Below, piece by piece: positions 1 through 12,692 of a stretch of 64,000 nt of DNA. Position 1 is the first letter of the stretch. Each line of letters begins with the position of its first letter. Source of the stretch: Lophium mytilinum (lineage: Eukaryota); contig MU004191.1 in NCBI GenBank assembly GCA_010093605.1, positions 1,844,816 to 1,908,815 of the forward strand, written 5' to 3'. Made by a program: the position numbers and the translations under genes. A model generated the notes under the pieces. It saw only the letters and a program-made list of their open reading frames with translations. It was not told where the DNA came from and ran no database searches.

Positions 1-57
1 AGTCGAACACCAATGCCGTGCCTCTAGCAACTCTCCACTTCGCCAACAAGTTTGAAA

Positions 58-2329
58 ATGGGAGAGACTCTTGAGCAGAGCTTGGACACCAGCAAGATCA
101 AAGAATGGCGCTCCATCGTCACCCTCATTGTCTTCGTTATCACCAGTGAGTTTATCCACTACGCATCGTGTCCAATGCGCCGAATAATCCCTCAACACGC
201 GCACAGATCTGGTTGTCATTTTTCCGTTTCATGTTCCATTCTTTATCCCTCGAGTAGTTGTGAACGCAGTTTTAGATGCACTGAGTCGACTCCGCATAAT
301 ATCTCCCCGCCACCATCACTCCAATGATGACCGGAACGGCAAAACACCATTCTTTGTGCGCCTCAACTTTCCCTTGAATTTCGTTACGGCCCCCTTGATC
401 GCCGATCTCTTTCTGCTTGCCCTTTTGGCAATTGGTAAGAAGGAAGTCCGCGATGGGACCATAGGAGCTGACAACATCTCACCTTACGATATCATGCTCT
501 TTTTCATATCCCTGGCTTACATCGCCATATCCATTGACGCTTCCGGTTTGATCAGGTACCTAGCATTCAAGGTGCTTCAATGGGGTGGCGACGCCGGCCA
601 CAGACTCTACTTCTACCTCTACGCCTTCTTTTTCGGACTCTCTAGCTTCATCGGAAATGACCCCATCATTCTGTCTGGCACCGCCTTCCTGGCCTACATG
701 ACGCGCGTGTCTAGCAACATCATCCATCCAAGCGCCTGGATCCACACCCAGTTCGCCGTTGCCAATATTGGTTCCGCTATCCTTGTCTCCTCTAACCCAA
801 CCAACCTTGTGCTCGCTGGTGCTTTCAATATCAAGTTCATCAACTACACAGCCAACATCATCGTGCCCGTAGTATGCACCGCAGTTGTGCTCTTTCCCTT
901 CTTGCTCTACATTGTCTTCAACGACGAAGACCTAGTGCCGTCCTCTATTAAGATGCACGAGCTACCCGACGAACTCAAAGCCAAGAAGCCCGTAAATCCC
1001 AACATACCTCACGCCCGGGGGAACGCCGAGGAAGAAGAGAACTTTGCCAACGACGAAGAGGGGAAATTGCTCTCGCTGGAAGAAATCATGAATCCATTTT
1101 TGGACAAAGGAGGCGCCGCGTTTGGAGGCCTAATCATGGCCGCCACACTCATCACCCTGCTAGCGATCAACGCGTCTGGCGAAAAGACTGGGCATAAAGC
1201 TGCATTTTGGGTAACCCTGCCCGCTGCTTTTGTCATGCTAGTCTGGGACATCGCCTTCGGATGGTATCATCGACGCGAGACGCGTGACATTGCTCACAGA
1301 GGTCGACAGGAGGTTGAGCTCGCACGCGCTGAACGTGCCATTAGGGAAGAGGAGGAGGTTGCGCGATCAGCCATTGAGAAAGATAAAGCTGACACTCTGG
1401 AGCAAGAAAAAGCTGTTTTGACTCAGACGTACTCACCCGAACCTCTGGAGAAGCAGAGCGGTAACGGTGATGAGAGCGATATCTCCATCTGTCCACCACA
1501 AGCGCCGTCAGGAACGACACCTAGCATGGATATAGACGAAAAGAAGCGGGAGGCGGACCTCCAGGCACGCATCTCGCGTGAACTCGCGCTTCGACAGACT
1601 CGTGGCCGGTCGACCCTCGTCTCGCTCGTCGGGGACGCCTACCGGTGGTCACAGGAGACGTTCCCTACCGCAACTACCGTGCTCACACATTTGCCTCTTG
1701 CGCTCATCCCCTTTGCTTTCTCCATGTTCGTCCTCGTACAAGGTAAGCCTACGGTATCAAGGTTGATATGCCTAAAGCGCTAACGAGCGTTCAGCTCTGG
1801 TCACCAAAGGGTGGGTTCAAGTCTTCGCATACGGCTGGGACCATTGGGTCAATAAAACCGGAACCGTCGGCGCAGTTGGCGGTATGGGTTTTCTCTCCGT
1901 GATCCTGTGCAACGTAAGTTCGCTCCCTTTTCCCCTTCCCTCGAACTTCAAGCCCATCGAACTTACTCTTTCTTTCAAATCTAGTTCGCAGGTACAAACA
2001 TCGGGACCACCATCCTCCTCTCCCGCGTCATCCAGGCCTGGCAAAACATCCACACATTCAACGGCATCCCCATTACCGACCGCACCTTCTGGGCGACCGT
2101 GTACAGCATGGCACTCGGCGTCAATTTCGGGGCTTTCAGCGCCGCGTTTAGTGCATCGCTCGCCGGGCTGCTCTGGCGCGATATCCTAGCGCGGAAGCAT
2201 ATACGTGTGCATAGTTTGCACTTTGCGCGCGTCAACTTGCCTATCATTGCCATCGCCATGACGGTAGGCTGTGCAGTTCTTGTGGGGCAGGTATATATAA
2301 TCAGGGATAACGACCCTTATAATTTGTAA
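58..2329 (+). CDS. ArsB/NhaD (CitMHS-like) ion transporter, 4 exons
   Basis: Multi-TM protein with GNDPIILSGT and SSNPTNLVLAG motifs, C-terminal GVNFGAFS-ASLAGLLW. GT-AG introns at 146-206, 1743-1794 and 1914-1984 join the ORF-track pieces in frame. Confidence 0.88.
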
Positions 2330-2690
2330 TGATTCTTGCATCGGCGGAGGAATAGTGAGCATTTTTATACGATTTCATGAACCATTTACCGCCCACATTT
2401 GGATTGGGATAGAATTTTTTTCAAATGTATAAGATTAGTCGAGCAAGCGAGCATCGTCACATGTTTCATATCAAATACCACGTAGGCCAAAAGTCTTGTT
2501 TTCATTACCCAGCTTCAGTCAGGTTTCTGGCTCTTGAAATACTCGTCTTCTCATCTTCAAGCTACCTTTTGGTACGTCCAGACACACATGCTGTCATCCG
2601 ATATACCAGACACCCTGTATGTGCAACCGCCGGCCGCTTTGGTAAATCCCAACGCTCCAGACTCTTGAGGACGTACAGCTGACAGAGCCA

Positions 2691-3737
2691 TTACAGCGCA
2701 AAAGCCGCTAGAGCAATTCCGAAGACTCCCGCAACCGAGATCCAAAACGCCTTGTCGCCGCTTCCTTTGCTGGCCGACGACTTTGTCGGTATCGCGGAGT
2801 AGCTAGACGAGCGCTTGCCAGTCGCGTTCGCCAGCTTCTCCAAACCCGCCGTGATGGTAAGAACATGATAATTAATCGACTCCTTGGGAATAAGGATAGT
2901 GATCCCAGGGTGCGTGCCCACGTTCTGTTCGCAGCGCCCTGCCGTCGTACCGTTGTAGTCGCATCGCCCGGTCAAGTATTCCGGTGAGCCATCTGCCTGG
3001 GTGCTGATACTCGTCGTGTATCTGTACCAGCCCGGCCCAAACGTGATGGTGTTGGGCGGGTCAGTGGTGCAGCTGGAGCTCACAGTAGTGCCATTGCGCC
3101 ATGCACACGGGGAGACGAGGGCTGCGGTGAAGGTGTCGTTGTAGGCGCCGACGACGCTGCCAAAATTGGGTGCGTTCGCCCCGTCGTCCTGGGCTAGCAC
3201 TGAGGTCACGCTCGTCGCCGGGGCCGTGACTGTCACGGTCACCACTGCCGGTGGTGGAGTCGCCATCGCTCCAGCTTCCTGCGTCGATGATGGCCCCGTT
3301 AGCTTCTTCAGCCCTTTCGTGATCGTCACAGGGTGGTATGCTAGCGATGAGATGGAGTACGTTCGCTTGGCGACGAGGCTGCTGCCGGTGTCCGCCTCGC
3401 TCTGCTTGCACATCGCGCTCGTCGTGCCTTTGAGGTCGCAGTGCTCGACGAACGTGTAGGTCGCTACGTCGGTGCCGTCGAGGCGCATTTCGTACCAGGT
3501 CGGGCCGTAGGTCACGGGGAAGTTTTTGCAGCCGGACCTAAGGCCTCCGCAGTCGTTGTCGAGGATGTAGGTGGTGATCGAATTGCTAACGGCGACAACG
3601 CTGGCATTGTAGGTACCCTCGCTGTTGTCGGGCAGGAAGAGGGAGGTTACGCTCGTTTGGTGAGCGATGGCTGTCGTGAGGAGGAGGGCCGTTGACATGG
3701 TGCAGGCCATAATGAGGACGAGCGCGGAATGCATCAT
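2691..3737 (-). CDS. Secreted, probably GPI-anchored Ser/Thr-rich protein with two internal repeats
   Basis: Signal peptide (MMHSALVLIMAC...). Two Cys-containing repeats end YHPVTITKGLKKL and YHVLTITAGLEKL. Hydrophobic C-terminus (ISVAGVFGIALAAFAL). Confidence 0.8.
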   Translation of the reverse strand: MMHSALVLIMACTMSTALLLTTAIAHQTSVTSLFLPDNSEGTYNASVVAVSNSITTYILDNDCGGLRSGCKNFPVTYGPTWYEMRLDGTDVATYTFVEHCDLKGTTSAMCKQSEADTGSSLVAKRTYSISSLAYHPVTITKGLKKLTGPSSTQEAGAMATPPPAVVTVTVTAPATSVTSVLAQDDGANAPNFGSVVGAYNDTFTAALVSPCAWRNGTTVSSSCTTDPPNTITFGPGWYRYTTSISTQADGSPEYLTGRCDYNGTTAGRCEQNVGTHPGITILIPKESINYHVLTITAGLEKLANATGKRSSSYSAIPTKSSASKGSGDKAFWISVAGVFGIALAAFAL

Positions 3738-4856
3738 GGGCTCGGGATGAGCGCGGGATGCAATCAAGAGTGGAGTTTTGGAAACGAGTAATTGGATTTG
3801 GCGGAGTGGAAGAGAGAGGCTGGCATCTAGGGGAGTTGAAGTACGGCACGGCGGTTCTCGTGAGTAGTGAATGAGCTCACGAATATCGCAGCGTAGTTCG
3901 TCCGATCAATTTGGAAGTGGTTGGACCGATTACCAAGCCGTCGTATCTGGGCACCCATTGCTCTCAATGAGTAGGAAGAAGGGGGAAGTATTGATCGTGG
4001 CAGTGTACTCCGCGAATTTTTCTTTTTGGCACAACTTTCACCAAAGGAGGCTACCCGGATGTCATACTCAGCTAACAAAATGGATACGATAGTAGGATCT
4101 AAATTTCACATCTCGAGGACCTTTGCCAGCGCTTGGTTGAGAGTTTTGTACTATCTATGGAGCATTGCAATATCTAGGTATCAAGAAGGGAGCGACCACG
4201 GCAAGTTGATACCCGCAGAATTGAGGCCAGAAAATCTCTCACTTGATCTCCTTTGCGAGCTAATCTCTCCTTTACATGCACCGCAATGCAGCGGGCATTA
4301 GCTGCTTACAGTCTCTAGTAATAAGCTGAGCTTTATGCATGTACAGATCAACCAGCGACGTATGACACTTTGGCGAAAGCTCCGAGTAGGGCTGTTGCTT
4401 CCACGGACTCGAACGCTAGAACACTCGGACTTGGACATGTTCTGTGCCTTCCTAAATATGTCTTGACGTAGTCGCAAAACGTGTAAACGGGATGGGCTGC
4501 TGCATAGCTAAGAGACAGCAAGCCAAATCCCGGCGCGATGCACTCGACGTGAGCATGGGAACATGACCAGTAGCCTAGTTGTGCCTTAGTACAGTATGAC
4601 TCGAGGCAGAGAAACGATTCAGATACTATCGTCTAGCAATAGTGCTTTGCAGCAACATTGATGGGTACCGAAGCGAGGCTATTCACATTACCCACGTGAT
4701 CGATCGCTGGGCGCTACCACTTACTTCAACTCTCCACCGGCCTCCCGTTTCTCTCTGACACACAACACCATCCACTCACTCAAAATCCACACGAGCCCCC
4801 ACGTTCGTTACCATCCTACGCTCACTCGAAGCTTTTCGCGCACTGTGTCACCAATC

Positions 4857-5969
4857 ATGCGTTCCTTCGCTATCCTCGCCATTCTCGCCATGGCTCTCTT
4901 GGGCGTCCTGCCAACTACGACTATCGCGCAATCCACACGCGTAACCACCATCTTTGTGGCTTACTACAATTACTCAGCCACCTACAACGCCCGCGTTATC
5001 GACGCCCAGCCTACCGCAATCACATACGTCCTCGACGATATCAACTGCAATCCCAACGAACTTCCCCCCAAAGATTGCGTCCGCAACGTTACCGCAACAT
5101 ACGGCCTATCCTGGTATCAAGAGGAGCATGTAGATGTGGGAGGCCTGGCAAGCACGGACTTTATTCACTGCGATCTGGAGGGCACGACGGCGGTGGTGGT
5201 CACGATCAGCTCGATTGCGCCGAAGTACACGACGGTAGAGCAGTGGACGGAATCCGCGATGGATGACTTCTACCAGGCTGTGACCATTACGGACGGATTG
5301 GAGAAGCTGGCGAGTATTACGGGGGGGCTCGTAGCAACTTCGTCCCCAACGCCTACGCCAACTGGGTCGACGAGCATCACGTCGCTTCTTTATCCAAACA
5401 ACAACTGGGATTTCCGTGCCGCTTCGGTCGTGGGCTCCAGCAACTCGAGCGTCACCTACGCCTTCGCTTCCTTTTGCAACTATACCACGGAGTCCGCGAC
5501 GGATGGGGACGGGCCGAGCGGCTACTCATCCTGCCTCATGCAGCCCGGCGGCTTTACCGCGACGTTTGGTGCGAGCTTCTACGAAGAGCGTACATCGGCG
5601 ACCGATGATCACTTCTTCCTCAGTCGGCGGTGTGAGTATGAAGGCTCCCCGACCAATTTGCTAAAGACCTGTACCCAGGGTTTGAAGGACGGGGATGGAT
5701 CCGACTTGGCGCAGAAGGATTGGGAGTCGCAGCGGTACGGCACCACGGACGGCGGCTTCGACGGTGTCACGATGCGAGCGGTCACGATCACTGCGGGCCT
5801 GGAGAAATTGGCGGCGGAGACGGGATCTAGATCTGGAATTACGGGAACGCCGACTAGTACAGTCACTGGTACAGCGGCTTCCTCCACCAGCAAGGCCGTT
5901 GGTGGTAAGGCGGTCGAGATTTCAATCGCTGGGGCCGTCGGCATCGCGCTGGCTGCTTTCGTGCTGTGA
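4857..5969 (+). CDS. Secreted, probably GPI-anchored protein, paralogue of 2691-3737
   Basis: Signal peptide (MRSFAILAILAM...). Two repeats end YQAVTITDGLEKL and MRAVTITAGLEKL. C-terminus ISIAGAVGIALAAFVL is nearly identical to the neighbour's. Confidence 0.8.
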   Translation: MRSFAILAILAMALLGVLPTTTIAQSTRVTTIFVAYYNYSATYNARVIDAQPTAITYVLDDINCNPNELPPKDCVRNVTATYGLSWYQEEHVDVGGLASTDFIHCDLEGTTAVVVTISSIAPKYTTVEQWTESAMDDFYQAVTITDGLEKLASITGGLVATSSPTPTPTGSTSITSLLYPNNNWDFRAASVVGSSNSSVTYAFASFCNYTTESATDGDGPSGYSSCLMQPGGFTATFGASFYEERTSATDDHFFLSRRCEYEGSPTNLLKTCTQGLKDGDGSDLAQKDWESQRYGTTDGGFDGVTMRAVTITAGLEKLAAETGSRSGITGTPTSTVTGTAASSTSKAVGGKAVEISIAGAVGIALAAFVL

Positions 5970-6524
5970 GGTTCTATCAGTTGCCCAGCTGCCTCTCTCT
6001 GGAGGGTTGGGACTTGCAGGCTTGTCGTTTGAACTGTGCACACTAGGGCCAGAGCATTCACTCATCTGGAAAGGCTGAAAGACGGCGAGCAAGTACGACG
6101 AGGAACCTTTCAGCGGTTCAGGCTGTGTAGGCTAGCAACTAGCTCGGAAATGAAAAAATATCTCCATTATTTTGTTTACTGTGACGTCTAGCGACAGTTG
6201 TGGTTTCGACTCCACCTGAGACTGATGGGCTGAGAACAGGTAAGGTGAAAGCGCTGACAGCGTTCCTCTTCCGAATAGTAGCGAGTTTGTCCGTCTTGTA
6301 TCAGTTTGATTGGACCGTTCAAAGTCGACCGATTTGTGAAGATGTTGACGGGGGATTGGGTTTTGGGAGTGGATGTCGTACCGTGTTCCATGATGCAGCG
6401 TAACATATCTCGGCCTCCCTTAATTAGGCATCCACATTCCCCTTAAGGCCATTTCCTTTAATACCTCGAGACGCTGCTTGTTTGTTTAAGTCAATCATAC
6501 CCGCGAAATCGATCACTCTTCGCA

Positions 6525-8207
6525 ATGGCCTTCTCAAATATCCCAGTCGAAGTCATCAGGCAAATCATCGAGCAAGCAGTCATGCTTCGGAGCGTAAAGC
6601 GAGCATTGAGGTTGCGGCTTGTAAATCGTAAGTACCAATAACAGTGCACTTAGAAAAAGGCCCACTTCCTCTGACACTCGCCCTTAGGAGTTTTCGCTTT
6701 CGAAGTCGAGTCTGCGGTATTCACGACCGGGATTCTTCAAAACCGTGACATAACGGAAATGCCCACGCGTCTCTTCCACACTTACCTCTTCCATCGCACG
6801 ATGCTAGAACGTCAGGACCCTCCATGGATTGCAACCAAGATCAGGGAAACCTGCGAGCTGTTGTGCAAGAGAAGCGGCGTGCCGTCGAAGGATGCAAAGA
6901 CTCGCCGGACTTACATCTCCGGCTTATGCGACGCGATTCAGGACGAGAACTTCCCCATGCCCCGCACATGTATTGTCGCCACGGAAAGCGTTGCCGTTGC
7001 GCTAAACTCGAAGGAAGCCTTGAAGCGCATCGCGGAGGGCATCTCGAGGACGGCTATCCTGGCTGCTGCTGCTCAATTGGGCCTGTTGGACGTAGTTATC
7101 CAAATCGTCGAGGAGATGAAGAAGACACACGGGCGGTACCATATTGAAGAAGGATCTATCTTCGGCCAGCCGTTCAAAAACGCTGCGGCACAAGGTCACT
7201 GCAATGTGGTGGAGTTTCTTCTCCAAAACGCCGCATGGAACCCAAAGCCTGGTCGGAGACCGCAAATAGTCATTGTTACCAAAATGGCCAGGACTTATAA
7301 CATAGACATGCTTGATCTGCAGTTGCAGTATTCTCCACCCTGGGTTCCTAGTGACTCGTGTGGAAACCTCGCGCCGTGGAAGGATGCTGCCACAGGAATG
7401 CCAGGTGGAGAAGTCTTTACTCAGGTCTTAGCTCTTCTTAAAGAAGTGAGTTTTGACGAAGACGAGGTCGACGAGTATGTCAGCGACGACAACTTGTGCG
7501 TTTGGTTGAAAGGCGAGATGGTGGAATTGAAAGATGTCCAAGAAGCGGAGAGTGTAACACAGGTTCTTCTCGGCCCTCCATGCTCGGCTGACTATGCAGT
7601 GTCCTGCCCAAGCGCGGAGATGGTGTGCTGGGCGAAGAATTTGAGAACTCTCCTGGAGGAGGCATGTCGCACTGGAACACCGGATATGTTCGCCCTTCTC
7701 TTACTGCACGGCGCAGAGCCGCAGTGGGAGGACTTGACATGGGCTATCAGACGAAGACAACTTACAATGGCACGTCAAATTCTCGACCATGGCGTCTCTA
7801 TAGAAGAGATGCGTTCTCCGTCCCCGATCGTGCAAGCGATCGCTTCCGAACACATAGCGCTCTTCAGCCTTCTCAGCGAGCGCGGCGTCGTCCCCAAACG
7901 TGAGCATGAGAGAGCTGATCTGGCCCTCCTGGCGTCAAGAAAAAAAGAGGACTGCATTCTGGAGTCAATGATGGAAGCGTTGCAGAGCACTGGACTATCG
8001 CTGTCCAAGCAGGCATCGGCCAGGCTTCGGCGAGTTGGCCGGAGGAAGCTTTTGCCGGACCTATATCGACTCTTGAATCATCTAGTGCGACCATGTTCCT
8101 CGGATGGGTCCGAATTGCAAGGCGCATACCAAGGGACCCCAAGCACACCAAGCGATTGGAGTGAGGAATCGTCGGAGCGCGATTTCTCGGATTCCGATGC
8201 GTGGTAA
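6525..8207 (+). CDS. Ankyrin-repeat protein with N-terminal F-box-like segment
   Basis: Exon 1 reads MAFSNIPVEVIRQIIEQAV...RLRLVNR. Intron 6628-6687 joins in frame to ORF 6759-8207, which has ankyrin-like motifs (AAAQGHCNVVEFLL, EEACRTG...LLLHGA, AIRRR...LDHGV). Confidence 0.75.
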
Positions 8208-9294
8208 AGTAACATGGCTGACATGGCGCAAGACGTTGTGTAAGTGCTAAGGCGGTAGCCAGCCCCCTGACCGATATCCCCTTGGAGTCTCCTCTGTTCA
8301 TGGATAAACAAAGCTTCCTACTCCTCGAGTAATTCAGTAATGATTTCATTTATCGAGCGTTTCTCCTGCATATCGATAGTTTGGGAGTAAGGCCGATGAC
8401 GTTCTTCATAAGCACTCATCGGTGTGCGTTTGAGGAGCGTGGTGTGGTGGCTGTAGGTCCGGGAAAGCGGAAGTGCCCGTCACGTGGTCTTCTGGATATC
8501 AAGATCCTTGTTGGTTGCAGCATCTTGGAACGGTCTATGTGCCTAGATCTGTGGCTTGCCTTGGCTAATGCAGGTAAGCATGCGTCGAGATGGATAATCG
8601 GCGACTCGCCTATTGCTCTTAGTTAATCGTGAATCATGGTGTTGGCATGGCTCTTAGTGATGCTCGCGTGGCGCGGGGAGACGGGACAGATCGCGCTTCC
8701 TATTTATACAGCGCTAGCATACCTATCGGACCTTCGCCCGTCGTCGGCTGTGGCGTCTTCAGTCGGTCACCGTCGACGGCTATCTAGTGGCCGCATGTTC
8801 CCGCATGTTCCCGCAGGGCCTCTATGCAGCTGGATGCAAATAAACCATTCTACTGCAGCCCAGGGCGTAGGTCAAAGCTGGGCTTGTGTGCAGAGCGCAG
8901 ACTGCGGCTGCAATATATTTGAATTCCACAGCGTCCAATAGAAAAGGTGGATATCTTTGTACGCAGGTCCGCTTGTAGGTAGCCACTCAGGTCAGCTTAT
9001 AGGGCATGCACAGGGCGTAGCAGCCAGCCGGAGCAGTATATACACACGGTGCTCCGTATGGTGAAACTCATTGCTCAGCAGTGACAGGCCTCCTGACGAA
9101 CCTATTGGCCTTCTAGCAGTTCTCGTCCCGTCATACATGCCGAATGCTGGGGGCCAATCCGCTATCAAACCATTCGTTCATTATTTACTTTTTCCGTTCG
9201 CCCTGCCCTACCATACAGATACCGTCGGGGGAGGATCATTTAAAGCTTGTTAATCCCAGGGGGTCCATCAGAAGATTCCCTACACCGCAACATC

Positions 9295-10622
9295 ATGGCG
9301 ATCCGGGACTACAGGGCTCTGATCCCTTGCACCGTTTTCTTTGCTATCTCCACCGCGCTGATCTTTATGCGCATGTACGTCCGCGGCGCGCGTCTTCGCA
9401 ATATCGGTACCGACGATGTACTCTGCTGCATTGCAGGTCTATTCAACATCGGCGTGACGACATGTTTCCTGCTCAGTATGAAGCGAGACCCGTGCTGCAT
9501 TATGATAACTCTGACCGGTGAATAGGAATCGAATACGATTACCGAACAGTGGATTGGATCCAAACCCCCCATGAAATGCGCGTATCAATGCTGTCTTATT
9601 ACCTCAGCATGCCCCTCTACCAGCTCGCTCTCGGCTGCATCAAGGCTTCCATCATTTTTCAGTACCGCCGCATCTTTCGCGATGCCCTTGGTCCCGCCTG
9701 TACCGTTCTTCTTGCCATCATCATCTGCAATAGCACTGCTTTCTTCCTCATCATGATATTGCGGTGCTCACCCATCGACGGGCCGTGGACGAACCACTCT
9801 ACGGCCTGCATGGATGTGAAGCTGATCAACTATGTCTTCATCGCCATCAACTTCTCGACGGACATCGTTTTGCTGCTGCTTCCGATGCGGATCCTCCGGG
9901 ATCTGAATCTAGCCCAGGCGGAGAAAAGAGGGTTGGTATTTGTTTTTGGGCTTGGGGGATTGTGAGTACTGCCCGTGATTCTACGACTTACTTTTTTTCT
10001 GGTAGAGATATGCTGATGCATCACTTGTAGCGCCGCGTTAACATCCATTCTTCGCCTCCAGTACGTCCTCGCCTTACGGAGCGACGGCAACAAGGTCTAC
10101 AATGGGCTCCTGATGTGGTGCTGCATAGAGATCAGCGTCTCCATCATCTGCGCGTCACTGCCCTCGCTCAACGGCATCATGGCGCGCCGCTTCCCACATG
10201 TCTGGCGAAAAGACTCGGACGATTCGAGTAGCCGTCGGTCTAGTCGATGGACCCCAAGAGAGCTTCGCAAGAAGTTGTATGCTACGAACTCTAAGGGCCA
10301 AGAGTCGACCGAGCGAATTAGTGGTGCGATCACAGTTGCTGAAAGAAACCCTTCTCGCAGTTCCAAGCAAAAGATCCAAGTTACGACAACCTTACAACAA
10401 AGCGTTGAAGACAAGCCAGCTGGTACCAATGCTGAGCCAAGAGCAGTGACCTTCTGCGAGCCCAGTGTCAAAGGCCGGGAGGAGAGATACGATTGGTGCA
10501 ATCAAAAGTCTTGGGTCGCTGATATGGTGGCGGAAATCACCGAGCCTCGTAATGAGCACGGCAGAGCGAACGATGGGCCAAGCGAAACTGGGCTCGAGAT
10601 GATACCCCTGGAGACGCTTTAG
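9295..10622 (+). CDS. Pth11-like integral membrane protein (fungal rhodopsin-domain GPCR-like, no CFEM)
   Basis: R-x-Y-V-R...DD start, IKASIIFQYRRIF, CSPI..W..C, TDIVLLLLPM, WCCIEISVSIICASLPSL. Introns at 9476-9525 and 9962-10030. Confidence 0.85.
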
Positions 10623-12692
10623 AAGCGCACTCCAGACTTGGGCGGCGAAAGCGGAGGACTGAGCTGAAATCGAGTTAATGCCCTTGAGAATGGTTCGGCG
10701 ATAGTCCTAGTACATACATTGAATTTGGCGTTGGTGAATCGAGCAGGATCTGGATCGGGATAATGCCCCGAGGGGCGGTTTAGGGATAGTTCTTACAGCG
10801 TCGGAACTGGCGCACAGCGGCACGAAGTATTTGAGTTCTATGCAGCTAATGTTATGCACTAAATTTGTACCCACATCACTTACCCCCTGGTTGTGACGCC
10901 TGGGTTCTCCTGCAGACTTCGTGGCGGCTGATAGTGTCTTCCGACATCTCCGTGGACACTGCAGCATACTGGATATTCACAGGACAGCCTGTGTTGAAGT
11001 CTGTAACGTGGAGCCAACTCCCAGCACGCAGCACAAATTCATCTCTCAAACACGGAGGTATTTTCCGAGATACGAGGGGATTCTAATTTTCTTTCGGTAG
11101 GTTCGTCATACGCTACAGGGGGCTTTCATACGTGTGATTTGTGGTCCTTGTCTGAGGCCTAGCCCGCGGGGGTACATGAAAGGAAAGCGAACTAGCAAGC
11201 TCTCTAATTATGATCCTGCATCGAATGTTTGCAAGCTAGTCGGAGTGATTAGTGGTGGCTTCCATCGCTGGACATGCATGTTTTGGGAGTGATGCGGAAA
11301 TGGAGAACGAGGTGGAGTTCTGGGCGCGTGAATACGATTCGGAGAAATGCTTTCATAGAGTCTGTCGTGATAGCGTGTAAAGCGTCGTCCTTCTCTGTGA
11401 TCCTCTGTTGTCTCATCCCAATCACCATCTTTCTCGTGGGTCCGAACGCGAGAGAGGAGCCAAAAAGTTGGGGCCAAGAGTTTGTGGCCTGGGGCCGCAT
11501 TGATAGGTGTTTTGTTCGATACTGGAAATGGTAATTGGCTGCCAATCGGTGCGTTTCGTCTTAGTTCTGGCCTGGTATTGGGAGAAACCACTTCGAGGTG
11601 AGTTTCTGAGTGTGAGAGTTCGCAGAACTGCCTGGATCTAGTGAGTTGAAGCTGCAGTGTTGCGCCAAGCGTTTTAGCCCTGGAACTGTTATACGCATCT
11701 GAGTAATTACGTGTTCCCTGTGGAGCAACCCGCTTATGACCGGCTTTTTACAGTGTTTACCATTGGGGAGTGACTATCAATATTCATGTGGAAGGAGTGA
11801 CGAGAGAATCTGCGCGACGACGCTAAGTGCAACGTAGTAACAAGGTGAGGGAGAACTGCAGGGCCTCGAGTGTGAAGTGGTAGTTGCGCTAGATAATTGA
11901 AAGGACAACGAAGTGACTGGGAGATATCGAGATCGTGTGACACGGGATGAACGAGGTCTCTTGCCAGCGGGACTTCGTTATTCGGCTCATCGATGCGGAG
12001 TTTCTGTTCCACATATACTATTCCTATCCCTAGAGTGTGCCATTTTGCAGTAATGGGTTACCCCCTTTTCTTGATGATGGATCAGTATAGGCCAAAATAC
12101 TTCGGAACCAGGTCCTGGTAGATACTCCTTCGTTCCTACCCCGGACGACTTTTCCGGCAACTCGAACTCACTAGCAGTAATGCAGGCTTCGAATTAGATG
12201 GAGGATCATGCAGCTTGGGCAGAGCGAGGTTGCGGGTCGATGAGGTGCAGTAGGAGTGGGTAGGTAGATTGTGAGACGTGGGCTATTTTTATTTTCACCG
12301 CTAGGACTGGGGTGGAATAGCATAAGCTTGGCGTGACCCAAACTCCGGCCTGCGTAGACTCCATCATTCCCATCTCTTCCGCAGCCAGCAGCACTGGCAT
12401 TTCAAATATCTACTTACTCTATGCGGGCGTACCATTATTCGCCTCTATAATGTGGACAGATCCATCTCAATGGCCCTATCTATTTCATCTATATCTGCAC
12501 ATCCAGATTACAACAATACCTTTCGTGTCATTAGCTTCATTGAAAGGTTCCAAGCGGCAGAGCAAGGTTCTGTATCACTTAAAATGTTCATTACTACTTT
12601 CTATAACGTCAAAATCCAAATCAGGTTGCAATTTTCCTCGAATATATTTCCAGCCTTCACGTCCGCGATTTGGAAAGCCTCCACCCAGCTCT

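Noticed and set aside
10700..12450. Short ORFs between the Pth11-like gene and the kinase; similar ones at 19050-19750 and 26490-28280
   Set aside because: No recognisable domain or consistent exon structure. They could be decayed genes, but this cannot be supported from sequence alone.
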